Below, piece after piece: positions 1-8,764 of a DNA stretch of 64,000 bases (the first letter of the stretch is position 1; each line of letters starts with the position of its first letter). Both the position numbers and the translations under genes were made by a program. This DNA comes from Candidatus Magasanikbacteria bacterium GW2011_GWA2_56_11 (GTDB taxonomy: Bacteria > Patescibacteriota > Patescibacteriia > Magasanikbacterales > UBA922). The notes beneath the pieces were generated by a model that was given only the letters and a program-made list of their open reading frames with translations, was not told the DNA's origin and made no database searches. Where the stretch lies: contig LCRX01000001.1 in the NCBI GenBank assembly GCA_001004885.1, forward strand, positions 9,849 to 73,848, given 5' to 3'.

Positions 1-2382
1 GTTTCCTACGTGCTCGGCATCACGACTGTGGATCCGCTCCGTTTTAAGCTGCCGTTCGAGCGGGTTTTGAATTCTTTTCGTCCCAGCCCGCCGGATGTTG
101 ACACCGACTTCGCCGACGACCGCCGCGATGAGATGATCGCCTACGTTACCCAAAAGTACGGCGCGGACAAGGTGGCGCAGATTATCACTTTCGGAACCAT
201 GGCGGCGCGCGCGAGCGTGCGCGATGTGGGCCGGGCGCTCGGACTGTCGTACTCGTTTTGCGACCAGGTGGCCAAACTCATTCCGCCGGGCGCCCAGGGG
301 TTCCCCATGACCATTGAACGGGCCCTCAAAGAGGAACCGGATCTGCGCAAACTCTACGAAACTAATCCGGAGGTTGGTCGTCTTTTGGATTTGGCCCAAA
401 AGGTGGAGGGCTGCGCCCGCCACACCTCGATCCACGCGGCCGGCGTCGTCATCTCGCCCACTCCGCTCACGGATTTTACTCCTGTCCAGCGCGAGGTCGG
501 CGGCGAAAAGATCACCACTCAATACGAGATGAAAGCGGTCGAAACCGCCGGCGTTCTCAAGATGGATTTTTTAGGCATCCGCAATCTCTCTATTTTGGGA
601 AAAGCGGTGGAGATTGTCGAGAAGACCACGGGAGACAAGATCGACATTTATACTTTGCCGCTCGACGACGAGGCGACGTTCGCCATGCTTACTCGCGGCG
701 AGACAATGGGTACTTTCCAGCTGGGGGGTTCGGGCATGACCCGCTGGCTCAAGGAATTGAAGCCGACTACCATTGACGATATTATGGCCATGGTGGCGCT
801 TTATCGCCCGGGCCCCATGGATTCGATTCCGGATTACATTCGGCGCAAACACAACCCGGCGGTGGTCGAGTATCTTGACCCCAGGATGGAGAAATACCTT
901 GGCGCTTCTTTCGGGCTTCTGGTGTACCAGGACGACGTGCTCTTGACGGCGATCGAACTCGCGGGTTACGACTGGATGGAGGCGGACAAGTTTCGCAAGG
1001 CTATCGGTAAAAAAATTCCGGAGGAAATGGAGAAACAAAAAATTAAGTTCTTTCAGGGATGCCGCGAGCACGGCCAGCTGCCGGAGGCCAAGATCGCCGA
1101 GCTGTGGCGGCAGATAGAGCCGTTTGCCGCCTACGGATTCAACAAAGCGCACGCGGCGAGCTACGGCATTGTGGCCTATCAGACATCTTTTTTAAAGGCC
1201 CACTATCCGGTGCAATACATGACCGCTGTGCTTCAGGCCGAAGCGAGCGACACGGACAAAGTGGCGGCCATCGTCCACGAGTGCCGGCGCATGAATATCG
1301 AGGTTTTGCCGCCGGACGTGAACGAGAGTTTCAAAAATTTCGCCATGGTATCCAAGCCGGGCGAACCCGGCCGTATCCGCTTCGGGCTGACGGCCGTCAA
1401 AAACGTCGGCGAACATATCGGCGACGTAATTTATCGCGAACGCAAAGAGCAGGGCCAGTTTGCCAGTTTGGAGCAATTTCTGGATCGTATTCCGGACAAG
1501 GATTTGAACAAAAAATCGCTCGAAAGCCTGATACAGGCCGGCGCCCTGGACTGCTTCGGCCACGACCGCGGACGGCTGCTTTCTAACATTGATAATATTC
1601 TGGGCTATGTGCGGCAGACGCGCGAGCGCGATCTCTCCGGGCAGAACTCTCTGTTTGCCGGCACGGCCATAGCGCTAGACAGCCAGGTAGTGCTCAAACC
1701 GGCGCCCGCGGCTACGATAGAGGAAAAATTGGTTTGGGAAAAAAATTTGCTCGGCCTGTACGTTTCGGCCCACCCGTTGGACCCCTTTTTGGCGTCCATG
1801 AAGGACGTGGCCACGCCCCTTTCCGAGGTAGAGACGCTGCCGCGCGACGGCTGGGTAGTGGCAATAGGCGTGGTCGAGGCGGCCAAGAAAAAGATTACCA
1901 AGAAAGGGGAGGTGATGATGTTCGTAACCATCCAGGATACTTCCGGCGGCATGGAGCTTCTGGTGTTTCCCAAGACCTACGAGCGCACCAAACATCTTTG
2001 GACGGAGCGCACGCCGGTCGCCATTGTCGGCAAAACGCCGCGCGAAGACGGGGATAACAAAATTTTTGTCGAGAACGCCTATCCGCTTACGATCGAAACG
2101 GCCCCTAACCTGGCCCGTCAGCTGTCGCTGGGGCGGTCCAAGCCAGACGCGGCCCAAGCCGGTCCGGAAAAATATATTCGGCTTTCGGTTTCGCCGGCGG
2201 AATTAAAGAAAAACGCCGCCGCCTTCAAACAGCTGTTTAGCGATTATCCCGGCGAGTTTGCCGTTTACCTCGATGTCGGCGCCAACACGATTAAAACGGG
2301 CGGCAAAATTCTCTGGAACGAAGAGGTCGAAGCCAAATTGTCCGCCCTGGTGGCGCCGGGCGGGATTCAGGTGCGCGGCTAG
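1..2382 (+). CDS. dnaE: DNA polymerase III alpha subunit (5'-truncated by window edge)
   Basis: PDVDTDF catalytic motif, RHTSIHAAGVVI, KMDFLG, YGFNKAHAASY and a C-terminal OB fold; frame is open from base 1. Confidence 0.97.
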   Translation, partial: VSYVLGITTVDPLRFKLPFERVLNSFRPSPPDVDTDFADDRRDEMIAYVTQKYGADKVAQIITFGTMAARASVRDVGRALGLSYSFCDQVAKLIPPGAQGFPMTIERALKEEPDLRKLYETNPEVGRLLDLAQKVEGCARHTSIHAAGVVISPTPLTDFTPVQREVGGEKITTQYEMKAVETAGVLKMDFLGIRNLSILGKAVEIVEKTTGDKIDIYTLPLDDEATFAMLTRGETMGTFQLGGSGMTRWLKELKPTTIDDIMAMVALYRPGPMDSIPDYIRRKHNPAVVEYLDPRMEKYLGASFGLLVYQDDVLLTAIELAGYDWMEADKFRKAIGKKIPEEMEKQKIKFFQGCREHGQLPEAKIAELWRQIEPFAAYGFNKAHAASYGIVAYQTSFLKAHYPVQYMTAVLQAEASDTDKVAAIVHECRRMNIEVLPPDVNESFKNFAMVSKPGEPGRIRFGLTAVKNVGEHIGDVIYRERKEQGQFASLEQFLDRIPDKDLNKKSLESLIQAGALDCFGHDRGRLLSNIDNILGYVRQTRERDLSGQNSLFAGTAIALDSQVVLKPAPAATIEEKLVWEKNLLGLYVSAHPLDPFLASMKDVATPLSEVETLPRDGWVVAIGVVEAAKKKITKKGEVMMFVTIQDTSGGMELLVFPKTYERTKHLWTERTPVAIVGKTPREDGDNKIFVENAYPLTIETAPNLARQLSLGRSKPDAAQAGPEKYIRLSVSPAELKKNAAAFKQLFSDYPGEFAVYLDVGANTIKTGGKILWNEEVEAKLSALVAPGGIQVRG

Positions 2383-3461
2383 CCGTATACTTCCCAATTA
2401 GGATTAACCACGATCTCGCTCCACGCCGTGAATTCTTTGCGTATGGCCCGGTAATAGCCGGCCGCGGCGATCATGGCGCCGTTGTCGGCCGTGTAGCGCA
2501 GGTGGGGTATTAGGACCGGGGTTTGCGCTGTCGTCGCGCCTATTGCGCGCGCGAGAGTCTCCCGCAGTTTTTTATTGGCGCTCACCCCGCCGCCGAGCAC
2601 GACGGTTCGGGGCCGGAATTTTTCGGCGGCCCGCAGCGTTTTGACTGTCAAAACTTCGACGATAGCCGCCTCGAAACTGGCGCAGAAATCGGCTACGGTT
2701 GGCGGCTCAGATCCCTGGCCCAAGTATCCGGCCGGAAATGACAGCGGATTCACGTGCGCCGCCGCCAGGCCATGATCGCGCAGCCAGTACAGCGCGGCGG
2801 TTTTGAGCCCGGCAAAGCTGAAGGCAAAAGTATTGTCGTTTAGCATGGGGCGGGGAAAGGGGATGGCGCCGGGGTTGCCCTGGGCCGCGCATTGCGAGAT
2901 GCGCGGCCCGCCCGGGTAGTCAAAGCCAATGAGTTTGGCCACTTTATCAAAACACTCGCCGGCGGCATCGTCGCGTGTTTTGCCGGCCAGCTCGTATCGG
3001 CCTTGTGCGGGCAGGTAGATAAGTTCGGTGTGGCCGCCGGAGACGACGAGCGCGAGCGCCGGGTAGGCGATCTCGCGCCGCGGCTCCGACGCGTCCGCCT
3101 TAATTTCGGCCGAGTGGATATGGCCGGCAATATGGTTGACGGCGATAAGCGGCACGTCCCAGAGGTACGACAGCGCCTTGGCCGCCTCGGCGCCGACCAT
3201 GAGGCCGGTAATCAGTCCCGGGCCGGTCGTAACGGCCACGGCGTCCGGCTTCTCTTGCCCTGCCATGACCGCCTCGACCACTGGAAAAATATTTTCCGCG
3301 TGCGCCCGCCCGGCCACCTCGGGCACGACGCCGCCGTATTTTTGGTGGATCGGTATCTGGCTGGCGGTTTTTTCGGACAGGACGACAAGTCCGCCTTCGT
3401 CCGCTTGGAGCAGGGCAACGGAAGTGTCGTCGCAGGATGATTCGATGCCGAGGAGGCGCAT
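2379..3461 (-). CDS. tsaD: tRNA N6-adenosine threonylcarbamoyltransferase TsaD
   Basis: LGIESSCDDTS, GGVVPEVAGRAH, NHIAGH, VSGGHT, TRDDAAGECFDK, DNGAMIA. Confidence 0.97.
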   Translation of the reverse strand: MRLLGIESSCDDTSVALLQADEGGLVVLSEKTASQIPIHQKYGGVVPEVAGRAHAENIFPVVEAVMAGQEKPDAVAVTTGPGLITGLMVGAEAAKALSYLWDVPLIAVNHIAGHIHSAEIKADASEPRREIAYPALALVVSGGHTELIYLPAQGRYELAGKTRDDAAGECFDKVAKLIGFDYPGGPRISQCAAQGNPGAIPFPRPMLNDNTFAFSFAGLKTAALYWLRDHGLAAAHVNPLSFPAGYLGQGSEPPTVADFCASFEAAIVEVLTVKTLRAAEKFRPRTVVLGGGVSANKKLRETLARAIGATTAQTPVLIPHLRYTADNGAMIAAAGYYRAIRKEFTAWSEIVVNPNWEVYG

Positions 3462-3636
3462 AGCTGCCGGGTAAATGGATAAACGTATCCGTGGCCGGGA
3501 GGAGCGATGTTACCGTTTGTGGTTCATATATTATACATACATTTAAAGAATAGAAAAGCGGCGGGCAATTTGACCGGCGTCCTTAAATCTGCTTAGATAT
3601 TGCCAGTTTCGTTCTTTAAATTATCCTGCAATCCTT

Positions 3637-5370
3637 GTGGAGCATAAGGCGCTGAATTTACTTCGGCGGCTAATGCCCCGCAAGGATACGACCATAGGGC
3701 GGGGGGAAAGCAGGTTACTCTTGGCCGCTTCAATCGCAGCCGCGCAAGACCTCGTCCGGCTCTTTGCCGGGTGGGGTCTGGCGTACCTCGATAGCCTCAT
3801 CCGGATCGACTCGTCGAGCGACGAGCGCTCCGGCACGGTTCCGAGCACGCCCGGGCAGCTGGCCCTTCTGGACTTCCTTCGCGAGGTCCTGGGGGGCTTC
3901 GGCTACCAGTGCGAGACCGACGCCTCCGGGGCGCTGCTCGCGCACGTCGGCGCCAACCTTCCGGCGGGCTCTACGTGCCCACCGGTGGCCTTCATCACGC
4001 ACATCGACAACTCTCTCGGCACCGTCTGTCCGGAGCGCCTCACGCGCGTCGAGCGGTGGGACGGGAGCCGCCTTGCCTACCCTGGCAACCAGCGGCTCAA
4101 CGTCTCGGTTGCCGCCTACCCGGCGCTCCAGGCGTTTGTGGGCCATGACGTCCTCCACGGCCCGGGCACCGGTCCGGTCGGACTGGACGACAAGCTCGGT
4201 GTGGCCGAGGTCCTGACGCTGGCCCGCTACCTGGCGGAACACCCCGAGATCCGGCACGGGACGATCGTCCTGTGCTTCCGGCCGGACGAGGAGATCGGCC
4301 GCGATGAGGCGGTCCAGTCGTTGGCCCGGCGGCTCGCTGAACTCGGCGTGACCCGGGCCTACACCGTGGACGGCCACACGGCGTTCGAGGTGAGCACCGT
4401 TTGCTTCAACGCCAGCGAGATGGCGATCCGCGTTCCGGCTCCGCCTCTCCACCTCACCGACAGCGTCGGGGAGCCCCAGTTCCGGTGCGCTCGCACCATG
4501 CGGCTCCGGATCCAGGGCGTTCGTACGCACGGGGCCACGGCCAAGGCCGAAGGGTACCGCAACGCGGTCCGTATCTTCACGGCCGTGATGAGCCGGATGT
4601 CTTCGTGGCAGCACGTCGTGCCGGTCGAATTCACGACCGATCCGGCGGACGAGACGGCGGCCGATGTCACGATGCTCATCCGTGGCCGCGATGAGTCCGA
4701 GCTCGACCGCTGGCAGAGCATCTTCGTCACTCAACTTGGTCAGGAAGTTGCGCCCCATGCGGAGAGAGGCGCTGGCCAGGAGGTGATGGGTACGGCCGCC
4801 GTCGCGCCGACGGACGGCCAGGGGTTCTCGGACGGCCTTAGGAAGATCATCACGATCATCGTTCTGTTCCAAAACACGCCTTCAGCTCGCCCTCTGTTCT
4901 CCGAGGACAGCGAGGGGTGGGAGGGGTACTCCAACCCCTTCACCATCACTCGTGATGGTGATCACTGGATCGTCCGCTTCCGTCTGCGGGATTTCGATCC
5001 CCGTGACCTGGCGAGGCGGGAGGACCACGTCCAGCGTGTGGCTCATTTCTCGGGCCTGCCCGAGGAGGCTGTCCACCATCGGCCGCAATACCGGGACATC
5101 AGCCCGCGGCTCGAGAGCTACCCGGAGCTCGTCGCCTGGGCCGAGGCGGCGGCCGAGCGCATCAGCGCCTCGATCCAGCGCCATCCGATCCGCGGCGGCA
5201 CTGGCGTCGGCCCGTTCCTGGATGCCGGCATCGGGGTCGCCAACCTCGGCACCGGCTACCACGGGCTCGAGAGCCCTACCGAGCTCACGAGCCTGGAGAT
5301 GATCGGGCGCCACGCCGAGTGGCTCGTCGCTCTCGTCGAGGTGGTCGCCGCGGTCCGCACCGGGTCGTAG
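3637..5370 (+). CDS. Peptidase T-like M20 metallopeptidase, enlarged (start uncertain)
   Basis: IDSSSDE...STPGQ, HIDNS, GLDDKLG, PDEEIG, AYTVDG and PIRGGT match PepT motifs; strongly GC3-rich codons. Confidence 0.8.
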   Translation: MEHKALNLLRRLMPRKDTTIGRGESRLLLAASIAAAQDLVRLFAGWGLAYLDSLIRIDSSSDERSGTVPSTPGQLALLDFLREVLGGFGYQCETDASGALLAHVGANLPAGSTCPPVAFITHIDNSLGTVCPERLTRVERWDGSRLAYPGNQRLNVSVAAYPALQAFVGHDVLHGPGTGPVGLDDKLGVAEVLTLARYLAEHPEIRHGTIVLCFRPDEEIGRDEAVQSLARRLAELGVTRAYTVDGHTAFEVSTVCFNASEMAIRVPAPPLHLTDSVGEPQFRCARTMRLRIQGVRTHGATAKAEGYRNAVRIFTAVMSRMSSWQHVVPVEFTTDPADETAADVTMLIRGRDESELDRWQSIFVTQLGQEVAPHAERGAGQEVMGTAAVAPTDGQGFSDGLRKIITIIVLFQNTPSARPLFSEDSEGWEGYSNPFTITRDGDHWIVRFRLRDFDPRDLARREDHVQRVAHFSGLPEEAVHHRPQYRDISPRLESYPELVAWAEAAAERISASIQRHPIRGGTGVGPFLDAGIGVANLGTGYHGLESPTELTSLEMIGRHAEWLVALVEVVAAVRTGS

Positions 5371-5456
5371 CGATCGCGCCGAGGGCGTCGCGGAGGTGTT
5401 CCTGCCTGCCTCCGCTCACTGACTATCCTTTTTAGGTTTAGAAGGGATTGAAGTCG

Positions 5457-5483
5457 AAAAAAGAACCGCTGGGTTCTTTTTTT
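5457..5483 (+). terminator. Intrinsic terminator (bidirectional-type hairpin)
   Basis: AAAAAAGAACC-gctg-GGTTCTTTTTTT. Confidence 0.65.
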
Positions 5484-5758
5484 GTTCGTTTCTCTGACTG
5501 CTTTCAAAATGTATGCGAGATAATTATCTTGGATCCAAGTTTCTAACGCAACAGCGTTATGAATTAATTAGCCGGTCGAAAACCTCATAGGGCGTCTGGA
5601 AATTAAGTGTCTTTCTCGGTCGTCCGTTCAAGAGGTGCTGGGCTCTTTTCACTTCGTATCTGGATACTTTAGTAAAGTCGGTTCCTTTGCAAGCACACGC
5701 CCGCCTGCCCCTAGTTCCTTTTTAAGGAGGGACGCTGATTCGTTCCCCGTCGAATCAG

Positions 5759-5802
5759 CAACAAACAAAAAACACCACGCCAGTGGTGTTTTTTGTTTGT
5801 TG
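5759..5802. terminator. 20-bp inverted repeat, terminator-like
   Basis: CAACAAACAAAAAACACCAC-gcca-GTGGTGTTTTTTGTTTGTTG. Confidence 0.65.
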
Positions 5803-5897
5803 GTCGGTTAATAAGGACGTCTCGAGAGAGACGGGATATTGACCAGAATACGTATTTATGGTATGAAACAGTGGCCCTACTTACCAGGAGACTTCTG

Positions 5898-6236
5898 ATG
5901 AAAATGGTTTTTTTGATGTTGGCCCTCATGTTCCTCCTGCTCTTGCCGGTTTTGATCCGCGGCATCTGGCGGCGGCGCTTGGTGCGGCGGAAGCTGGTAT
6001 GGCGTGTGCTGGACGCCGAGACGGTCCAGCGCGAGCGGCGACGCTTGCGGGAGATCAAGCAGGATCTGCCGCCGGGAGACACCTACTGGCGCCCGGCCAA
6101 CAACGACTACCGGCACCTCCTGGCTGTCGAATTCGGAGCCGATGTGCTGGTAATGAAGATATCGGACGAGGGCGAGGACCTCTGGGAGGTGTTCCACCTG
6201 TGTGCGCGTCGCCATCTGCGCACGGTCAAGAGGTAG
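5898..6236 (+). CDS. Small hypothetical protein with N-terminal TM helix
   Basis: AGGAG at 5886-5890, ATG at 5898, promoter TTGACC(5839)-N17-TATGAA(5862), hydrophobic N-terminus followed by an Arg-rich stretch. Confidence 0.65.
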   Translation: MKMVFLMLALMFLLLLPVLIRGIWRRRLVRRKLVWRVLDAETVQRERRRLREIKQDLPPGDTYWRPANNDYRHLLAVEFGADVLVMKISDEGEDLWEVFHLCARRHLRTVKR

Positions 6237-6516
6237 AGAGCGCCTGACACATCCTGTACCGGGGTGGGAAGCAACAGCCGCCCGACAACCTGCTTAGATT
6301 CTAAAGCATTGGAATTTGGGCAGGGAGAATCGGGCGGTTTTTGTTTGGATTAGATTTGCCTCGGGGTTCAGGCAAAAAATCGCTGTTTAGACGGTCTTTT
6401 ATCTGAAAATGGATTGGGGCACTTCGGTTTATCGGAGAACAGGTAACTGCTACCTAATAATATAAGGGAAAAGTACATATTTTGGCTAAATTTATATAAA
6501 TATTTGGACAAAACTC

Positions 6517-6545
6517 TTGACAGAGGGCTCTTTTTGTGGTAGACT
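6517..6545 (+). promoter_or_regulatory. Sigma70 promoter of the HD/structured-RNA/hammerhead unit
   Basis: TTGACA-N17-TAGACT with extended -10 TG. Confidence 0.75.
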
Positions 6546-6691
6546 GATGTGTCTAATTAAAGAGGGTAGACGTGCTCCTTACAAGAGAAGATGAATAAAT
6601 AGGCTGGGTTGGTCCCTGGCGAGTATTCGTACTCTCTACAGAGCAACCCAGCCGGTAGCCAACCCGGCATTGATGACAAGGAGATCGACCG

Positions 6692-7807
6692 ATGATCAGC
6701 GCCCAGAACCTCATGGCCTCCGTTCGCCCCCTCCTCGCCTCGATGATCACGATGCCGATGGGTCGCCTCAACGAGCTCATCGCTGACGTCGAGCGGTCCT
6801 TCCAGACCCCACAGGTGGGCCCGTACCACTGCGAGGGCCCCTTCATGGGCAGCCACCTCGTCGGCGTCGCGAATACCGTCGACGACGTGGGACGCGGTGA
6901 GTTCCACCCCAACGTCCCCTACGAGGTGCGGCCCTTCATGGTGGCCGCTGCGCGGACCCGTGCCGTCATCGCCGGCGCTCACGTGCTCCTGCACGACGTG
7001 GACAAGCTCACGACCATGACGTTCGTCTACGCGGACGGCCGCAAGGTGCCGGTCAGCTACGACGAGTGGGTCGCGCTGCTCGAGACGGACTCCGACGGCC
7101 CCGCGATCCGCGAGGGCGACGGCCCGGCGCTCGAGCGCTTCTGCGCGCGGCACGGCGTCACCCAGATCTCCTACTACCAGGAGGCCGAGGGTGGGAAGAT
7201 CAGCCACGGCAAGAAGGCGGCCGACCGGCTGCGCGACTACGCCGAGCTGCTCCTGGTCAACGGCATCGAGACCCACGAGGTCGCCTTCCTGTTCGGGGAC
7301 CGCGGCGGCATCAACTTGCCGCTCTTCCACGAGCACTTCGGCGACTGGAGCGAGGGCGACGTGGCCTACGCCTTGGTCGTCAACTACGCCGACCAGATGG
7401 GCTCGCTCAAGGCCGACGGGCAGCCTGACATCTCGGACTTCCGGTGGTTCGCCAGGACCTGGCGGGCCTACGTCGCCTTCCAGGTCGTCAAGGCGAACCT
7501 CGCCGGCCTGCGGCTCGACACGCACAAGGCGTCCCGCCTGATGGACGTCCTCTGGAAGAGTGCCGACGCCTTCCAACAGGAGACCGCCGATGACGTGCTG
7601 GCCCGCATCCGGGCCGAGTGCGAGCTCCGCTCGTTCTCCGAGGAGCGTATCCGCGCCGCGCTCATGCCGGTCGTCTGGCTCTCGTCCGAGCTCGCCGACG
7701 CCATCGTCGCCGACATGGTCCGCGACGGGAAGCTCTCGAGCGAGACGGGCAAGAAGCTCGGCGCGCACAACAAGCCGGTCCGCGCCGCGCTCGCCGGCCT
7801 CGCCTAG
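6692..7807 (+). CDS. Standalone HD-domain phosphoesterase, CCA-adding-enzyme/HD-Pnk type
   Basis: PQVGPYHCEG..GSH, LLHDVDK..T, SHGKKAA, ETHE and YADQMG follow the Q-x-H-x-EG-x4-H / HD / H / H / AD pattern; SD AAGGAG. Confidence 0.75.
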   Translation: MISAQNLMASVRPLLASMITMPMGRLNELIADVERSFQTPQVGPYHCEGPFMGSHLVGVANTVDDVGRGEFHPNVPYEVRPFMVAAARTRAVIAGAHVLLHDVDKLTTMTFVYADGRKVPVSYDEWVALLETDSDGPAIREGDGPALERFCARHGVTQISYYQEAEGGKISHGKKAADRLRDYAELLLVNGIETHEVAFLFGDRGGINLPLFHEHFGDWSEGDVAYALVVNYADQMGSLKADGQPDISDFRWFARTWRAYVAFQVVKANLAGLRLDTHKASRLMDVLWKSADAFQQETADDVLARIRAECELRSFSEERIRAALMPVVWLSSELADAIVADMVRDGKLSSETGKKLGAHNKPVRAALAGLA

Positions 7808-7826
7808 AGACTACCTACCAAACCAT

Positions 7827-8070
7827 CTTCTCACCCCCCCCGGCCGCTCGCAGCACGCACTCGCGCGTGGCGGCCGGACTCCAACTAGTATCCTTAGGTT
7901 ATAGGGGTACTTGAGGAGGAAGCTCTTTCCAAATTACGACATGTCCCAATTGTGGGTACGTAGCTTTGTGTGGGCCATCTTTCCATGGCACATAAAGAGC
8001 TACGTACCCCCGGCTTGAAGTGGGGGTGAGATCGAAGTTCGTCCGATACGAGTACGAGACGAGGAGAACT
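7827..8070 (+). ncRNA. Unassigned highly structured RNA segment (multi-stem, upstream of ORF 8072)
   Basis: Stems 7829-7838/8022-8031, 7840-7847/7870-7877, 7887-7896/7902-7911 and 7954-7965/7998-8009; G-U wobbles favour the + strand. Confidence 0.6.
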
Positions 8071-8071
8071 C

Positions 8072-8602
8072 ATGAACACGTCCCTGACCACCGCCTGCGG
8101 CACCGGGATCAACCTGAACGCACAGACCCTGCAGCACCTCGAGGCGCACCCCGACGCGGCCGCCCTCCTGGAGGAGGCCATCGGCAAGATCACCATCGGC
8201 GAGCGGGAGTTCGTCCTCGAGGAGGTCGACATGGGGCGGATCGTCGCCCGGTCGTCCCTCGTCGACGCTCCGGCCATCGCGTCCGACCAGCCCACCGCGT
8301 TCGCGTGCCGCAAGGGTCGCGACATCGCCTCCCGGGTCCTCGTCGGCGCCGTGAAGCCGGACACCAACCTGTTCACCGTCATCGCCGGCAAGCAGGACGA
8401 CGGGAGCTGGTTGCTCTACTCCGGCTTCCCGGGCCCCTTGGCCCCGCGCGAGCCGCACGACCCCAACCTCAAGGGCAACGCCACCGAGCTGGCCTTCTGG
8501 TGCGAGCACGCGCTCGTCTGGGAGGACGGCTGGGAGCAGCCGTTCGAGTCCACCTGGATCGAGGTGATCGCGGCGGCCGCGGCCAAGCGCGCGGCGGCGT
8601 AG
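8072..8602 (+). CDS. Hypothetical protein (HxxxH ... GFPG-x-APREP ... FWxxHAL)
   Basis: SD GAGGAG, strong GC3 coding bias, globular-looking sequence. Confidence 0.8.
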   Translation: MNTSLTTACGTGINLNAQTLQHLEAHPDAAALLEEAIGKITIGEREFVLEEVDMGRIVARSSLVDAPAIASDQPTAFACRKGRDIASRVLVGAVKPDTNLFTVIAGKQDDGSWLLYSGFPGPLAPREPHDPNLKGNATELAFWCEHALVWEDGWEQPFESTWIEVIAAAAAKRAAA

Positions 8603-8701
8603 GTGACCCGAAGGTCGCCGGGGACATGTCGAACACTACCTTGATCGGCGCAAGCTGAGCGGGGTGTGTGAACGACGAGGCGGCGCCATGTGCGTCGCCT
8701 C

Positions 8702-8764
8702 GGTCCTCTAGCAGTAATACTGCTACTGATGAGTCCAGAGATTGGTACGAAGGACGAAAGGATC
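8702..8764 (+). ncRNA. Hammerhead ribozyme, type III
   Basis: Stem III GGUCC/GGAUC, NUH=CUC (cut after C8708), stem I UAGCAGU/ACUGCUA, core CUGAUGA (8726-8732), stem II GUCC/GGAC, GAAA (8756-8759). Confidence 0.9.

Noticed and set aside
5490-5758. ncRNA or small gene between two terminators
   Set aside because: Only short isolated hairpins, with no convincing promoter, ORF or known motif
6645-6670. Twister ribozyme P4-like hairpin GCCGGU..CCCGGC
   Set aside because: The loop lacks the AAGC pseudoknot bases and there is no UAA/P2 arrangement
6557-7768. Long antisense ORFs (also 3730-4872, 17412-18587, 37434-39053, 52059-53720, 62128-63147)
   Set aside because: Shadow frames of GC3-rich sense genes with no family motifs
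7827-8035. RNase P RNA (GAGGAAG... and CCCGGCUU next to a closing stem)
   Set aside because: The 5' P4 strand is AAGCUCUUU rather than AAGUCCGGG, and the ACAGAA motif and S-domain are missing
7803-8046. Group I intron (AGAGACUA resembles the R element; AAGUUCGUCC resembles S)
   Set aside because: P7 would be mismatched, no P/Q elements or P3 partner were found, and no host gene is interrupted
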